From Moniliella sp. 'wahieum' (taxonomy: Eukaryota), in NCBI GenBank assembly GCA_003971905.1, contig RSEE01000011.1, positions 186,001 through 250,000 of the forward strand: a stretch of 64,000 bases of DNA. Reading direction: 5' to 3'. This document shows, in pieces, positions 26,946-41,123 of this stretch. Positions within the stretch are counted from its first letter, which is position 1. Each line of letters starts with the position of its first letter. A program made the position numbers and the translations under genes. The notes beneath the pieces are model-generated. The model ran no database searches, was not told where the DNA came from, and worked only from the letters and a program-made list of their open reading frames with translations.

Positions 26946-29900
26946 TTACCCCGGTCGAGTCGGGCCGGCTGGTCGGCTGCAGCGCTGGAGCAAAGCGGTA
27001 TAGCATACCTTGTACGCCCATACGTTGCCCTGCATACGACGAATGTCAATCGAATACAGGCCGGGCAAGTTCTTGATGCGTGTCATCTCGACGCTGAACC
27101 GAACCTCTTGGCCATTGTCCATTGATCCTTCGTCCAGATCCAACGGCCTGCCATTGGGTCCACCTGCCATCTCGGCGGCGGGCTCCCCTGCCGATGCGCT
27201 GGTCGGGTTGGACGATGGCAAGCGCACCGCCGAGCCGAGGCTGCTCGTGTGCCCCTCCCATCTGAAGGGAAGGGAAGAGCGAGCCACGGAGCAGGCCCCG
27301 GAAGCCGGTCGGAGAGAGGCGATGGCGAAGCCAGCATTGATGCCTGCAAGCCTACCCCTACCGATCCGAGGCCGGCTTGGCGGCCCCGCTGGCGCCGCAA
27401 GCACTCCAGCTTGAACGTCTCCTGGCTTGCAAGGCGAGCGTCAATGCCCATGCTCGCCAGGGCTTGCCGCACGCGATCCAGCATCTCGTCGGGCGGAACG
27501 GAGGTCAAGGCACGTTGGTCCACAGCTCCTTCGTGGTAGCGGAGCACCGCATCACAGAACTCGGACTTCGCTCTTGCCTCTTGTGCCTGGTCATCTGCAG
27601 GCGCATGGACCTCCTCCAGCAGCAGGTGGGCTCAACGGCTCGGCAATAGGGGCCGTCAAGCCGGTGTCGGGGTTCGTGTCATTGTTTATGGCGCTCATCT
27701 CTCCGTCCGCAAGGAAGAGCGCTTCGGTCGGGTAGCAGCGGCCCCTTGAGCAGATGTACCAGTCCGAACCTCGCCAGACCCAGTGCCAGCTACATTCGCC
27801 TGATCCGTGACGTTAACTGCCTGGGCGGTGGACGATGAAGTGATAGGGTCGATAGGCGAAAGGTCAGATGGTTGACGACTGCGTCCACGGAACCAGTCCA
27901 TCACGCGCTTGGCCCCGCTTGTCGAACCCCTGATACTTGATCCATAGGCACGCGATGGCGGTGGTGTAGGCAGGGGAACTGGCGCGCCTGAGAGCTGGGA
28001 GTTGGGCGACAATTCGGAAGGCAACGCGGCGGTGGTGCGAAGGTGAACAGAAGCGGGGGAAGTGGATGATGTGACCGTCAACTTTAACGGTTCAGTGGGT
28101 TGCTCCGCTTCCTCGGCCGGATTAGCCGCCGACTGTAAGGGTGTTGGAACCGAGACCTCGGACCGAGGGGAGGGAGCCAAAGACATATCTTTGAGCCGCG
28201 GTCTGCGCGGCGGGAGAGGCTGTGCCGAAGGTTGGGTGTCGACCATTGGCGCCCCGCTTTCCCCTTCAGCCGATTGAGGTGAGCCAGAGCGATAGGGCAG
28301 GAGCCGAGAAAAGAGCGTGTCTTGCCGAGCGCGAAGCGGAAGCTGAGATAGTCGTCTGTGATCTGAGACGTACCGGTTTCGGGCGAGGTACTGAGCGAGG
28401 GTTGAGACGTACCGGTTTCGAGAGGCACTGAGCGAAGGAGATGTCGCTTGGGTAACCTGACTGTCTGGCCGAACTGGCGGGTTCTGTCGGGGTTTGTCGA
28501 GGGTGGAGTAGGGCGTAGACACCACCACGGGCCCGCCCCCACAGACCGGCCCAAAATCAGGCGAAGCGGGGGCTGGTACAGACGAACAACAGTCGATGTA
28601 TTTGAAGTGTTCGCATCTAATCGCTTTGGGATGATCTTGGTGGGCTGGGCTGGTGTAGTCGAGGAAATTAGAGCAGGCGGATCAGGGATACTGGTACTGA
28701 CGTTGTTAGCGACAACCTTCAGCGCATCCGCCTCGGTTGATTCGTACGCAGAGTCAATCGCCGCCTTTGGAGGCACATGCAAACTGCCGCGCATTCCACT
28801 TGCGTTTTTAGCATCCTCTTCCTTTTCAGGGGTTAAAGGAGCAGTCATAGTAGCGCTCGATTGAGAAGGCAAAATCTTGTCGGTAGTGGAAAGTTCTGGG
28901 AGCTGCGGCTCAAGCGCATCATCAACAGCGCCCATGGCGCCGGTTGGAACGTATAGACCCATGCGATCCATCCTGGGTGAGGGAGCCAGTTGTACCAGCT
29001 CCTCCAAAGGTACCGAGGCAGATGCAGAGGTGGGAGGCATATTGGTTGGGTTTGCATTGGGAGGAGCGCTGTACTCGACTTGAAGAGTATGTCGGTTAAC
29101 CTTGGTTGAGGAAGATACCTTAGAATCCTTCTTTTTCTCAAACGATTCGTGTGGCAGGGTCGGAGCGGGGCATGGTGGTTTTGCGATAAGCAGGCTGGGC
29201 GCTCATCTCGTTCTTACGACCCGGGTGGGGATGGCTTTGCTGGCCAACCAAAGAAGCTGAGGCAGGTTGGTGCTGGAGATGCTGCTGTAGCTCCATCTGT
29301 TGTTGGCAGAATTGGCGCTTTCTCGACTGTTGCTCCGCCGCTGCCTGCTCCAGATCCTCCAGGCTCAATGAGAAGAGAGGGCGGTAATCGAGAAGCCAAG
29401 GATGTGCCATCACTTCCTTCATGGAGGCGCGACGGCCTGGGTCCGGAACCAGCATGCGCTTCAACAGCGCCCGAGGTGGTTGGGTGATGTAGTCGGGAAA
29501 TACAAGGGGCGTGGTGAGAATGTAGTGATAGAGCTGGGTAATGTTGCTGGACTCGGGGTTGGAGGGATCGTCATCAAAGGGGAGGTAGCCAGCCAGCATC
29601 GCATACAAGATCACGCCGCAGGACCAAATATCAGCGGAACAACCATTGTACAGGCCATCTGTAACAACCAGCTGGTGCGGCGTAGCAGGGAGAACCACAT
29701 GAGGTGGCCATGAGGTCATTGGCGCGGTCGCTAAAGTTGTTGGCGAAGCCAAAGTCGGTAATGATTACATTGCGGTTTCGATCCAACAACAAGTTCTCCA
29801 ATTTGAGGTCGCGATGAACGATCTGTCTCTGATGCATGTAGTTGACACCACTGATCAGTTGGGCAAAAATGCGCGCCGCGTCTTTTTGGCGGAGATACTT

Positions 29901-30565
29901 GGGCCAGGATGTGGTCGAACGCTCGCCGCCTAGCCAAATAACCACAAGAACGGGTCAGCGACAGATTGGGGATGCGAAGACGGCGGCACGCAACAAGAGA
30001 CGCAATTACTTACCCGAAGCATACTCGAGCACAATGCCAATGTACCGCTCGGATTCGACCACCTCGTAGAGGCGCACAAGTTGTGGGGTGGCGAGGGACC
30101 GCAGCCTGAATCTCTCGCAATCTTGGCCATGCGCTGTGAGTCGTGTTCCTCGGCGCCCGAGTCCACACCCGATGCATGGGGCACGGACGCGACGGATGAG
30201 CTTGACGGCAACTTCCTCACCATATACCTGGTGCACACCGAGCTTGACCTTGCCAAACTCGCCCTCACCCAGTGTTGGAGCAGGAGGTAGCCGCCAAAGT
30301 GGACCTGGGGGCGGGGTGGTGGTGCGGCAGCAAAGTAGCGTATGGCAGCGGGGCTAGTGATGGGGATGAGGCGGAGGGTGGGACAGTGTGGGAGGCAATG
30401 CCCTGGGCGGCGAGTGCAGCAGAGCGCACGGCTCGTTGCGCCTGCCGAGGGGACGCTGGAGGGGCTGGCGGGGGCGAGGCGGGTGGAAGGGCGGCATGGG
30501 GTGCACGTGCGAGGGCGGGGGGGCGGCGCCAAGTCCAGTCCATCCACAGCTGCGGCCACAGACAT
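26946..30565 (-). CDS. KIN4: Kin4/Ppk1-like CAMKL Ser/Thr kinase with a C-terminal fungal KA1-like domain
   Basis: [92 protein letters not shown]-terminal [15 protein letters not shown]...[32 protein letters not shown]. Intron about 29935-30013. Confidence 0.88.
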
Positions 30566-33079
30566 GGCTAGTGGGCACACCAGGGGGGACCGCTGGTCGA
30601 GGGGGCCGTGGTAGCGGCGGTGGTACTCCAGCTGGCAAACAGTAGGTGGGGGTTGTCCGCTGGGAATGGGGCGACGCACACTGCCCCTGCGCCCTGTCCC
30701 GCTGCTGCGCCCGCGCAAACGTACATTTAATGAGGCCAGGACACAGGTGGGGCCAGCAGTCACCTCGTCACCGGTTACCGGGGGAGTGTGGCCCCATCGG
30801 CCGTCATTAATCACCTCCGCCACGCGTCATTATGCATTACGCCAGAATGACAGCTCCGCCTCAGCGGCTCACATGTCACATCCCCCCACGCCCCTCCAGC
30901 CCTCGCCTCTTCGCACTTGGTGCCATCCTTCAAAGGCGCTGGCAGCCCCCAAACCCGCAACATACGACGACAGCGACAAGAAAGACCACGACCATTGTAC
31001 CACCACCGCTCGTCGCCCCGTGTCCATATCTGCAATGGAAGCCCGGCATGCCGTGGGGGTGGTTCTGATTGAGCGGTCCCTGGCCTTATCCTCCTTAACT
31101 TCGGAGTCCTGGCTTCCGTCTCGGGGCCCGCCCTCTACATGACACCTCATGTGCACTCTGAGAAACGAAACTCACACTATGGAGGAGGGTGGTGACCTCA
31201 TCGAAAAGCAAGGGACCCAGAACGAGCAGAGAAACAATAGCGATGAGAGGCGAAAATACACATACCCTTACCCGCAACACTTCCCTACCTCCCCACCCCC
31301 CGGCCGCGTGCACGTCATGGTTGTGGCCATGGGGAACAGCGGCCACAGGTTTTGTGTAGGAGGTGACCGCGTCTCCAGCCTCGGCTCTTTCCTTCGTTCC
31401 GCCTGCTGATCAGGCCCTGCGCGCGTTTTCCCCTGAGTACCTCACCCCACATCCTCTTGCCTCATCGTCCACAATTCTTGTTAATTGGTCATCTCTCTTT
31501 CTTTGGGACATATGCTACTGCTCCCGCCGTTGTCGCTGTAGGGGTGGACAATGGCCACTCCCCGAGGGCCACACTGTCGCGCTCCATGCCCCGTGACGCG
31601 TGACAGGAACCCTTCAAAAGGGTGTGCAAGTCATGTGAACGATACAATATTATGATAGGAAAGGCTTCCCAAACATGAAACCTGGTTGCTTATTGCATCG
31701 CAACGCCAGTCTCTGGTGGTTAGTGATAGGCATCTTGGCCTTGGCCTCTGTCGTCGCTGTGGGGTGTGAAGAGACGGGGATGCATCTTCGTATGATGGGC
31801 TGTGCGTTGGTCGCTGTGAGAATGTGTTTTGGCGTTGTGTCGTTTTGAACCCATCTGCGGTGTGTATATGGAACGCAACGACCTTTTCCTCCTGTTCCGT
31901 TGGATGTTGTTTGCCTGCCTAGACGACCTAAGGCCTAAGGCCTAATACGTGAACCAAGGGCCAGGGTAGTAGCAGAGGGCAGGGGGTCGAGAAGTGTTAC
32001 AGTAGTAGGAAAATGCGGTCGCAGGCAGTAGCCTGATAGATGTGCATCGGTATAGTGTGGGGGGACTTGAAGCTAGCTTGAAGCCTGATTCGGATCATGT
32101 GCATCATTGTTGCGATGCTGTTGAACAGCAATCAATAACGGTGAGCATTGTGGACGGATGGGGTGCGCCACTGGTACGCCTATTGTGCCACTGGTACGCC
32201 CGCCACCAAGGCTTGAGAAAGAGGCATTATATGGTGGGAGACATCGCGGTCGCCCACAGACCCTCCTCTCCGGTTCACTTGCGGGGGTGCCGGTGTCGGC
32301 AGTCGGAGGGCTTCCATATGCCGCGTTGCCACAGTGCTGCGGGAAAGGGGAGATGCGTCATATGCTCGCCCAGTGCCGGTTGCGCTGAGTAGAGGTTGAC
32401 TCATCCATCATGCGTCACGCGCCACCATCACTACTATCCCTAAACCTGCCCGGGAACCTGCAGCTCGCCAGTAGAGTTTCTGCGCGAGGGGCTGCTTGCC
32501 CCCCGCTGCGCTCCCACGCGTTCTTGCGCTGCCATGCAGCGCCCTGGCGCTGTCTGCGCTGTGCTGCAGGGGCCGGGCAGAGGCGGAGGAGCAGCGTGCC
32601 ACGGCAGGCGCATCCGCATGATCAGCAGCATCCGCCCAGCTGAAACACCCGCCGCCTCAGCGCCTGGGCGCGTGGGCGCCTGAGCACACGGCGCCTCGCA
32701 CCCCCAGTGTGCGCCCGAGCTACGCCAACCTGTGGGGGAATCTGTGGGGGAGCTTGCGGGGAGTCTCGCGTGGACCCGCACGGCAGCAGTGTGGGTGGCT
32801 TGCGGGCGAGAGGTGTCTGGTACTTGTCCAGGCGGCGGGGGGGGGAAGCGGCGGGCACAAAAAAAGGCACCAGCGCCGTCTCTCCGCCTCTCCCCGAGAA
32901 CAGCGTTGGGCACTGGCCCGCACGCGTCTGAGCTCTCCCGCCGTCTGGCCCGTGCCAGGGTGGGGCAGAGCGTGGCGGCGACATAACCCTCTCCCAAGCA
33001 TATCAAGTACTAATACCACCCCCCCAGCCTGCCCCGCTGTCGTCCCCCTTGCTTCCTCCATCTCTGCGTTGCCACCACC

Positions 33080-35402
33080 ATGATACCCCCCCAGTGTTCC
33101 TCCCAGCCATGGCCCCGCCGCTTTTAACGGCCCGCCGTCGTCGTCGCGCATCGGCGCACCGCGCACCTGGTTCCGCCGCCGCAGCTCGGTCCCTGCCACC
33201 CCTGCGCCAGACCTCGGCTCCAGCCCGCCCCCAATCCGGTCGGCGCTGGCTCTGGCACCGCCGCTGCCGTTTCGCCGCGTCCCCGCGCTTCCAGCGTCTC
33301 CTCCACCAACCAGCCTCCCAAGACATCCCCCCGCCTTGGCCCACAACGCAAGCCGAGGTATGGTCCCTTTCGTCGCACATCTGTGCCCCTGAGTGCTGCC
33401 GTCCCCGCCTCCCACCTGCCATCCGCCCCCGATGCCGTCCCTGAGCCCGATCAACAACCCAGCAGGTCCAACCAGGCCCGTTCCTCCAGTGCTGCCTCCG
33501 CTGGCCCCTCCGTTGCTGGCCCAGATAGCCACAACCATCGCACCTCTAATGCCTCTCCCTTTGGCTTTGGCAACATTGCCGCTGCCGCTGCCCGGTTACT
33601 CGGTAGTGATGGTCGCCAAGCAACTGCTGCTCGTCGTTCCTCTTCGGGAATGCCCGCCGAGGCTTCTCCCACATGGAATACAGATTGGGCAGAGACGGCT
33701 CCACCACCAGCGTTACCCGGCTCGGATCGCGGGAAACGCCCGCTGCACACGTTCCGCTTGGTTCCCTCAATGGACGCTGCACGAGGTATGCAGGTCTGGT
33801 TTGATCCCATCGAGCGCCAGCTTGAGCAAGATGGAGAGGCGCTCTCTATTGGTCGCTTTTGTGATCGTGCGCCCTTTGATGCTGCCCTGACTGGTGGCAC
33901 GACGGGGGAGAGCGCCCCTGTTTCTACCTCGCAAGCAGTCGAACGTGGCTCGGACAGCCTCGACGATGAGGAAGATGATGAACCTCATGTTCGTCCTGTT
34001 GCTTTTCCCGTCCCGTCGGATGCGCGGTGGCGCAATTCCCAATACGAATGGCAACCCGCCCCATCTAGAACAACATCGGGCTGCTATGACGGCCAAAGTC
34101 GTTTCGCGTAAACACGTCGAAATTTGGTGCACTTCTGACCCTCCTCTGTCTAGTACTGGAGGATCCCACTCCGAAGAGGTGGACCCGCTCGAGATGACTC
34201 GGTCTGTCTCCCCTCTGGAGTTGGGAGGAACCGATGGGCACATGCAGGGGGGAGCTGTCCCCCAACAGGTGCCCGCAGAATCGCCTGCTACCCCTGCTGT
34301 CAAGTGGTGGATCCGTGATTTGGGCAGTAGCGCCGGGACCTTTGTCAACCACAAGCGTCTCTCCAAGGCTATGGTGGCGAGTGGGCCAACCGAGCTGCAC
34401 GAGGGCGACATTGTCAAACTGGGCGTGAATTACGTTCGTGGGCGCAACTCGTACCGGGCGGTACAGATGCGGGTGGAGCTCCACGACGTGGATGTCCAAA
34501 CGGAGTACGCGGCCCATGCTCGCCGTCGTCTTGCTCAGTTACAAGGAGCTGATGGCAGCGCGGCCGCCGCTACAGAAACCGCCGCCAAGACAGGCAGCCA
34601 ACCGGTGCCGATGGCTGAATGCTGTATCTGCCTGTTTGGCATGACGGTTTCCCAGAGTTTGTTTATTGCTCCCTGCAGCCATTCGTTCCACTACAAGTGC
34701 ATCCGCCCCCTGTTGATGCGTCTTCATCCAGGCTTTTGCTGCCCATTGTGCCGCAGCTTTGCCGATCTGGACGAGGAGGTGGATGTGGTGGAGATGGATC
34801 CCAATGCTACCCAGACCCCCGAGGCGTCCCGCGGTGCGGTGGAGGCAGGTCCGGCTGAGGCTACTGCCTCGGACCCACCTGCTGCTCAGCCAGCACAAGC
34901 GGCCAGTGGCGGTAAGGGGAAGGCCCCCGAGTCTGTGGGAGCGAATGTGGCGGAGGGGGGGGTGAGCGCGCCACCGGCAGGACCGAGCGCTCGCCGTGCT
35001 GAATCTTCAGAGGACATATCCGGGACGGATTCGTCGGCGCATTCTCCCTCGGGCTCTGATGCTGGTCATGGGTCTCACGAGTCCATTTCGTCGGCCTCCA
35101 TGAGCAGCGCATCTCCTTCTCCGCCCAAGATATCTTCCTCGACGGCGGCAGCCGGACCGCTCTTGCCCACGCAGCAAGCGGGCACCGCATCTCTTTCTAG
35201 TTTCGATCCTATACACCCCTTTGGCCGGATCCGGGATGCGCACCGAGTCAGTAGCATTGGAGATCTTCGGCCCTTTTCTACCTGCTCGCGCGTCGGCTCG
35301 TTTCTACTATTGATGTTCATATTTTTCCTTTCATATATTCCTGATGTCTATCTATCACCTGCCCTCCTCCATTATGCATTACGTTTGTATACGAATGCAT
35401 AG
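33080..35402 (+). CDS. DMA1: FHA and RING-H2 E3 ubiquitin ligase (Dma1-like)
   Basis: FHA IGRF...KVVSRKHVEIW...WIRDLGSSAGTFVNHKRLS...GDIVKLG; RING CCICLF...FIAPCSHSFHYKCIRPLL...FCCPLCRSFADLD. Both ends approximate. Confidence 0.88.
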
Positions 35403-35482
35403 GGCATACATGCCTTGCTCGAAGCATATACTCGACTGAGACTGCACACTGCTGGTGGCAAAGTGGTTCCAAGGCCAAGGCA

Positions 35483-37773
35483 TTAGTGCTGCTTGACCGA
35501 GGAGTAATAGTGTGGGCTAAAAACCAAAACAGGGTCAGGCTGGACTAGTAGACGTAAGATTGGGGGTGGGACATACGCTGCCTCGAGTAACCAGTCTTGC
35601 TCCACAACGGTTAGGTCGGTAATGAACTTTTGCTCGTCTCAATCACCTCGCCAAAAAGGACCCATTTGGTATCGGGCGTGACATTATACAGAACCGAGGT
35701 GGTTGGACGTGTAAGATCTGGCGGGCGGCGGGGTCAGAGATACGAGGGTGATGAGAGTGAAATCGACGACCTGATGCGAGCGGGCCGAGGAGTAGGTTCC
35801 ATCGGGCAAGAGGCGGGCGGCGTTGCGAAAGAAGCCAGTGGTGAGACACCGACGGATCCGACGGCTCAAGTCACCTTCCTCGTCTTGCCCGGGAAGAGGA
35901 CGCAGGGTTACTGCAGCCTCGGGCGAAGGGGCACAGGCAATTCCCAACCGCGAAAGAGTGCGGGCAAGTGGGTGCGAATGGAGATGGCGCGACTGAGGAT
36001 TCTGTAATTGAGGCGGTGCCGTCCGGCCAAGAACTGGAACGGTCCCCGTACCGCGGGTGGACAAAGGCGGTAAAGACGTGAGCAGCGTCAGGGCATCGCC
36101 CTCGGCCGCGGAGAATTGGCCCGTTCTTCGTTCGTTTGGGCAATCGCATCTCTTCGCAAGCCCGAGGTGGCCGTAGCCGCCCCGAGGAAAGGGGACGAAA
36201 CGCTGGACATGGCTGCAATCGTTAGGATGTGTTCTGTGCATCCAAATTTAGGCGATTCGAGCAATGCCTTTCCCATGGCGGGGGGGAGGGAGAGCTCGGC
36301 CAGTTGTTCTCCCAAGGGTGATGTCAGCCGACCATACTCGTCCACCGCTCCGAGTGCAGCGAGAAAGTCAAGACCGTCGACCACAAACGATGAGGGTGGC
36401 GGGGGCGGTACCCAGTCAAATTTGACGAGATTGGTCACCCCCAAAGCAAGAAGTTGGAGCAGAGGGGCAGCCAAGTCCGTGCGTGCCAGCTCAGGAAGTG
36501 TGAGCGGGGGCATACTGTGTAGCGCCTGCTCGGGATACAGGCGGTAACAGATCCCTGGCGCTGTCCGGCCCGCCCGTCCTGCCCGTTGGGCAGCAGATGC
36601 CTGGGAAGTTGGGACGCGGGTCAAGGCCGAGAGACCACTGCTGGGGTCATAGGTGCGCAACTTGACCATCCCACAATCCACAATATACCGCACTCCATCC
36701 ACCGTCACGCTCGTCTCCGCCACATTGGTGGCAGCGATGACTTTCCGCTTTCCGCGCGGCGCCGGATAGAAGATGGCAGCCTGCTCATCCATATTAAGAC
36801 CGGCGTGCAGAGGAAGAAGTACCATGTTGGTCCCCTGGCGCGTGCTAGCGAGCATTTGCAGGCACGCTTCGATTTCTTCGCGGCCAGTGAGGAAGATAAG
36901 GATGTCGCCCACCTCGTGACTCTGATCAATTTCCACGACCGTCTCGACCGCTGCTCGTACATAGTTCTCCACGGGCTTCGACAAATAGGCAATGTCGACC
37001 GGAAACATCCTCCCCTCCACATGGACAATACCGACATCCTCCTCCTGGGAGGAAGAAGAAGGAGTGCGAAAGTACTCGGCCAGAGCATCAGCATCCATGG
37101 TGGCAGAAGAGAGATGATTCGAAGCTCGGGACGTCGTCGGCGCACTTTCTTCAACAGGCCAAGAATGATATCTGTGTTGATACTCCGCTCATGCACCTCG
37201 TCCACCACCACCACACTGTACGCGCTGAGCAGCGGATCGAAGAGACACTCGCGCACCAACGCCCCATCGGTCGTGAACTTGATCCTGGTCCGTCCCGGGG
37301 TAGTATTATCCTCGAACCGGATCGCGTACCCCACCTCGTCACCCATGACACTCCCTACCTCTTGTGCGACACGCGCGGCGATGGAAACGGCGGCCACCCT
37401 GCGTGGCTGGGTACACACGATTCTCTGCCCGGCTTGAGCCCAGCCGGCTTCCAACAAATACTGGGGCAGCTGTGTCGTCTTTCCGCTCCCCGTTGGCGCA
37501 GAGACAATGACTACTGGGCACGTTTCAACAGCGTACAACAGCTCGTCGCGGTACTTGTGGATGGGCAACTCTTCTGCTCGTGCAGAGGCGGGCGTGGTCC
37601 TGTCGGCGTGAGCCGCAGCCTTGGCTGCAGCAAGGTCGAGCCCAGCCTCCCTTGTGGTGGCACGATCGAGAGAGGAGCCTGGAAGCGGAAAAGGTCAGCG
37701 TGCACGCTTCGCCGGCTACGGGCAGAGGCAACGTACCCGGACGAGCCAGCGTGCCGGGCTTGAGAAACGACAT
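35483..37773 (-). CDS. DHX35: DEAH-box RNA helicase DHX35-like
   Basis: N-terminal MSFLKPG; PTGSGKTTQLPQY; TQPRRVAA; DEVHER; FLTGREEI; TNVAETSVT; QRAGRAGR; last exon PHYY after an intron at about 35518-35576. Confidence 0.9.
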
Positions 37774-37998
37774 GGGAGCCGGGCGTTGCGAGGGCGACGG
37801 TGGGGCCAACGCTGTGGCCTGAGACTGAGGTGGGCTCTGCGAATTGGAGCAGAACACGGTCATGCGTCACGCGTCACGCGTCACGCCGCGTGTTGGTTTC
37901 ACTGTTGCACGCTTCGGTGCAAATGCCTCCATCCCACCCGCACTGGCTCCTAAAAAAAATTCAGGCCTCCCACCGCCGCCAATTAATCCACCACCGCC

Positions 37999-40842
37999 AT
38001 GGTCAGCACCGAGACAGCCAAGAAGCCACTCTCGGCCAAGAAGCTGAGGTCCAAGGCTTTCTTTGCCAAGAGATACGACGCAAAGGCCAAGTCCCTAGCA
38101 AAGAAGGCCAATAAGTCCAAGGTCACGCTGTCGGAGACGGGTGCTTCACCGCCCCCGGAGGATGCGAAGCCTGCCTCATTCCGGGCCAGCAAGTCCGTCT
38201 CTATCACGCCGGTGCCACAGAATGAGCTTTCGTGGACTCGTGCTTCCATTCCGCAGCCGGCCGCCGATGTAGAAGGCACAACGGACGCCGGCTTCTGGGA
38301 GACGCTTTACGCTGCTGATGAGGCGAGCCATGCCAAGACGAAAAAGAAAAAGAAAAACAAGGCCGCTGTGTTCGGAGGGAACGAGCAGACTGTTTGGATG
38401 GGTCTCGAAGAGGTCGATGGTGTTGACATTATTACCGAGAAGGGAAATGGAGGGGAGCGCATTTCATTTGTTCCTGTTTCTGGGAAGAAAACCTTCCGCC
38501 CCATCAGCCGAAGAGGACAGCACTCAGCCCCAGGCAGAGAAGCCGGTTGCACCCCAGAAGCAGACTTCGAAGGCTGCCAAGAAAAAGGGTGGCAAGACAG
38601 CCTGTTTCTGACGTTCCCAAGGAGGACGGCCCTATTGCCACTACCGAAGTGGAGGTGAACTCGGAGGAGACCGCACCGGAGGACCATCAAAGGGAGATGG
38701 ATTCTCCTGCGGATTCAGACGGAAAAGGGGATGCCGGTGAAGATGTGAGCCTAGCCGGGGTGGCTTGGGATGCACTGGAAACGAACGATCTGGACGATGA
38801 GGCACCCCAGAGGTGGACTTGCCCGAGTGGAAGGAGGTCCCTCTTTGCCCTTTGATCCAATATGGTTTATATCAGAGTGGCTTCCTTAAGCCGACCCCGA
38901 TCCAGGCTGGTACGGTGGGTAAAGCACTTGAGCCGCGTGTTCCCCGGGTTCAGGCGCCCAAGAAGACCAAATCAGGAGAGAAGCGCAAGCGTTCCCAAAA
39001 AGAAGATGAGGACACACCCCAAGAAGAGGATGCGGGCAAATGGCACGACATTGTGGGCGTGGCCCAGACGGGTAGTGGTAAGACGATGGCTTATTCGCTT
39101 CCTATTCTCGAACGCCTGCTTCGGGAGCGGGAAGAGGGATCCAAGGCCAATTCAGCGTCTGCCGAGACGAAGCCTATTATGGGACTGATCATCTGCCCCA
39201 CACGCGAGCTGGCTCTTCAAGTGAGCGATGCGATTCGTTCGTTCGTCAAAGCCTGCACGGCCTACAAGGATGAGCGAGTCTACCCTTTTGCTAGCGTTGT
39301 TTCCGTCGTTGGGGGTCTGTCGAGCCAAAAGCAGGGGCGCGAGTTACATGCTCATGGTGGTGCGGACATTATCGTTGCAACGCCTGGTCGTCTCTGGGAC
39401 GTGGTGGAGAGGGACGACGTGGTCGCAGCGAGGATGCGAACGACACGGTGCTTGGTGATCGACGAGGCGGACCGTGTGATGCAGGATGGCCATTTCGCAG
39501 AGATGAAGAATCTCCTCCGTCTTCTACGTCGAAACGATCGAGAAGTGGAGGATGAGGAGCGCACGGACAATGTCCACCGCCTACCAGAAGCCGAATGGGG
39601 TGGGATGCAGACCTACATTTTCTCGGCTACACTTAGTGCGACGCTGCAGGTTAATCTTCAGCGTCGGAACCGGCGTGAGTTGCGCCGAGCCCGTGGGACC
39701 AAGACCCTTGATGCGTTGATGGAGCAAATCGACTTCCGCGACCCGGACCCAGTTGTTGTTGACCTAAGCCCGCGCACTGCTGTGGCCGAAACGGTGGTGG
39801 AGTGCAAGACGGAGTGCTTGAACAAGGATAAGGTATGTTTGTCTTCCGTTTCGTATTCATGAAATCCTTGCCTGACCCGATTTCTCTCTAGGATACCTAC
39901 CTATACTATTTCCTCATGCGCTATCCCGGTCGCTCGCTCGTGTTCCTCAACTCGATTGATGGACTACGCCGCCTCCAGCCTCTTCTTCAGCATCTGGGTG
40001 TTCCGGCCTTCAGCTTGCACTCTAACATGCAGCAACGGCAACGTTTGAAGGTCCTTGACCGTTTCAAAAACGCTGTCCCTGAGGACGGTAAAGAGGGGAC
40101 ACAGACCGCCGTGCTACTTGCAACGGATGTGGCTGCCCGTGGGTTGGACTTGCCCGTGGTGGACCACGTTGTGCATTACCAACTGCCTCGGAGCGCTGAC
40201 ACCTACGTACATCGCAGTGGCCGTACCGGCCGTGCGGGGCGGACAGGTGTTGCGCTGGCCATGGTCGAGCCCAAGGAGCAAGGCCTGTTGCGCCAGCTCC
40301 TCTTGAGCCTTGGCCGCAAGTCGGGAGACGAGCACGGTAAAGGCTCCCAAGCGGACGAGGCGGATTTGCGCACGCTGCCCATTGAGTACAGTCTCATCCC
40401 GCAGCTTCGTGAGCGGGTGACTCTTGCGGCGCAGATTGATCAGGTGGAGCACCGGGTCAAGAAGGAGTCGCACGATGACGCCTGGCTCAAGCAGCTGGCC
40501 AAGGATGCTGACATGGACTTGTCCGAGGATGAGGGAGACGAGAATACGGCCGGGGGCAAGAGTAAGAAGGCCCAAAGCAAAAACAAGTCGGCGGCGCTCA
40601 AGGCACAACTTCACCAATTGCTCCAGACACCATTGCGGCTGCGCGGGGTGAGCACCAAGTACATCACTTCCAACGGCGTTCCAGGCTTTGTGGACGATCT
40701 GCTACAGAACAACAATGTGAGCGACATTCCTGGTGTGCGACGTGTGCGACTGGACCAAGAGCTGTCAGCTGGTGCGCACGGGACGACAGGCGAAACGCCC
40801 AAGGAGCGGAAACGTCCGAAACGGGGTCGTGCTTCGGCCTAA
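37999..40842 (+). CDS. MAK5: DEAD-box RNA helicase Mak5/DDX24 (60S biogenesis)
   Basis: GLEEVDG; Q motif GFLKPTPIQ; AQTGSGKT; PTRELA; TPGRLW; DEAD; FSATL; YPGRSLVFLNSID; YVHRSGRTGR; GVSTKY. Intron 39833-39891. Confidence 0.93.
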
Positions 40843-41123
40843 GATGTAAGGTCTCAAACGCAAAAAAGGAATCATGCCCCTATATTAATACGCGTCCATT
40901 GATCGGCATAAAGGAGCTGGTGGGTTTTGGCTATTGAAAGAGTAGGCCTAGTTCGATATCACAGAAGCCGGTGACGTCGACCACGAAACACCGGACCCAA
41001 AAGGTTTAAAGCCTGTGGTCGGAAAGACAGCCAGAAAACGGAACAGTCAAGGAAGACTTCTGGAGTCGTAGTATAGAATTTGCACAAGGCGTTGAGAGGC
41101 TCAGCCTCATCGAGCTCTTGGTC

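Noticed and set aside
28363..28420. Short internal duplication (TGAGACGTACCGGTTTCG x2, 39 bp apart)
   Set aside because: In-frame duplication within the disordered linker of the KIN4-like kinase; ordinary.
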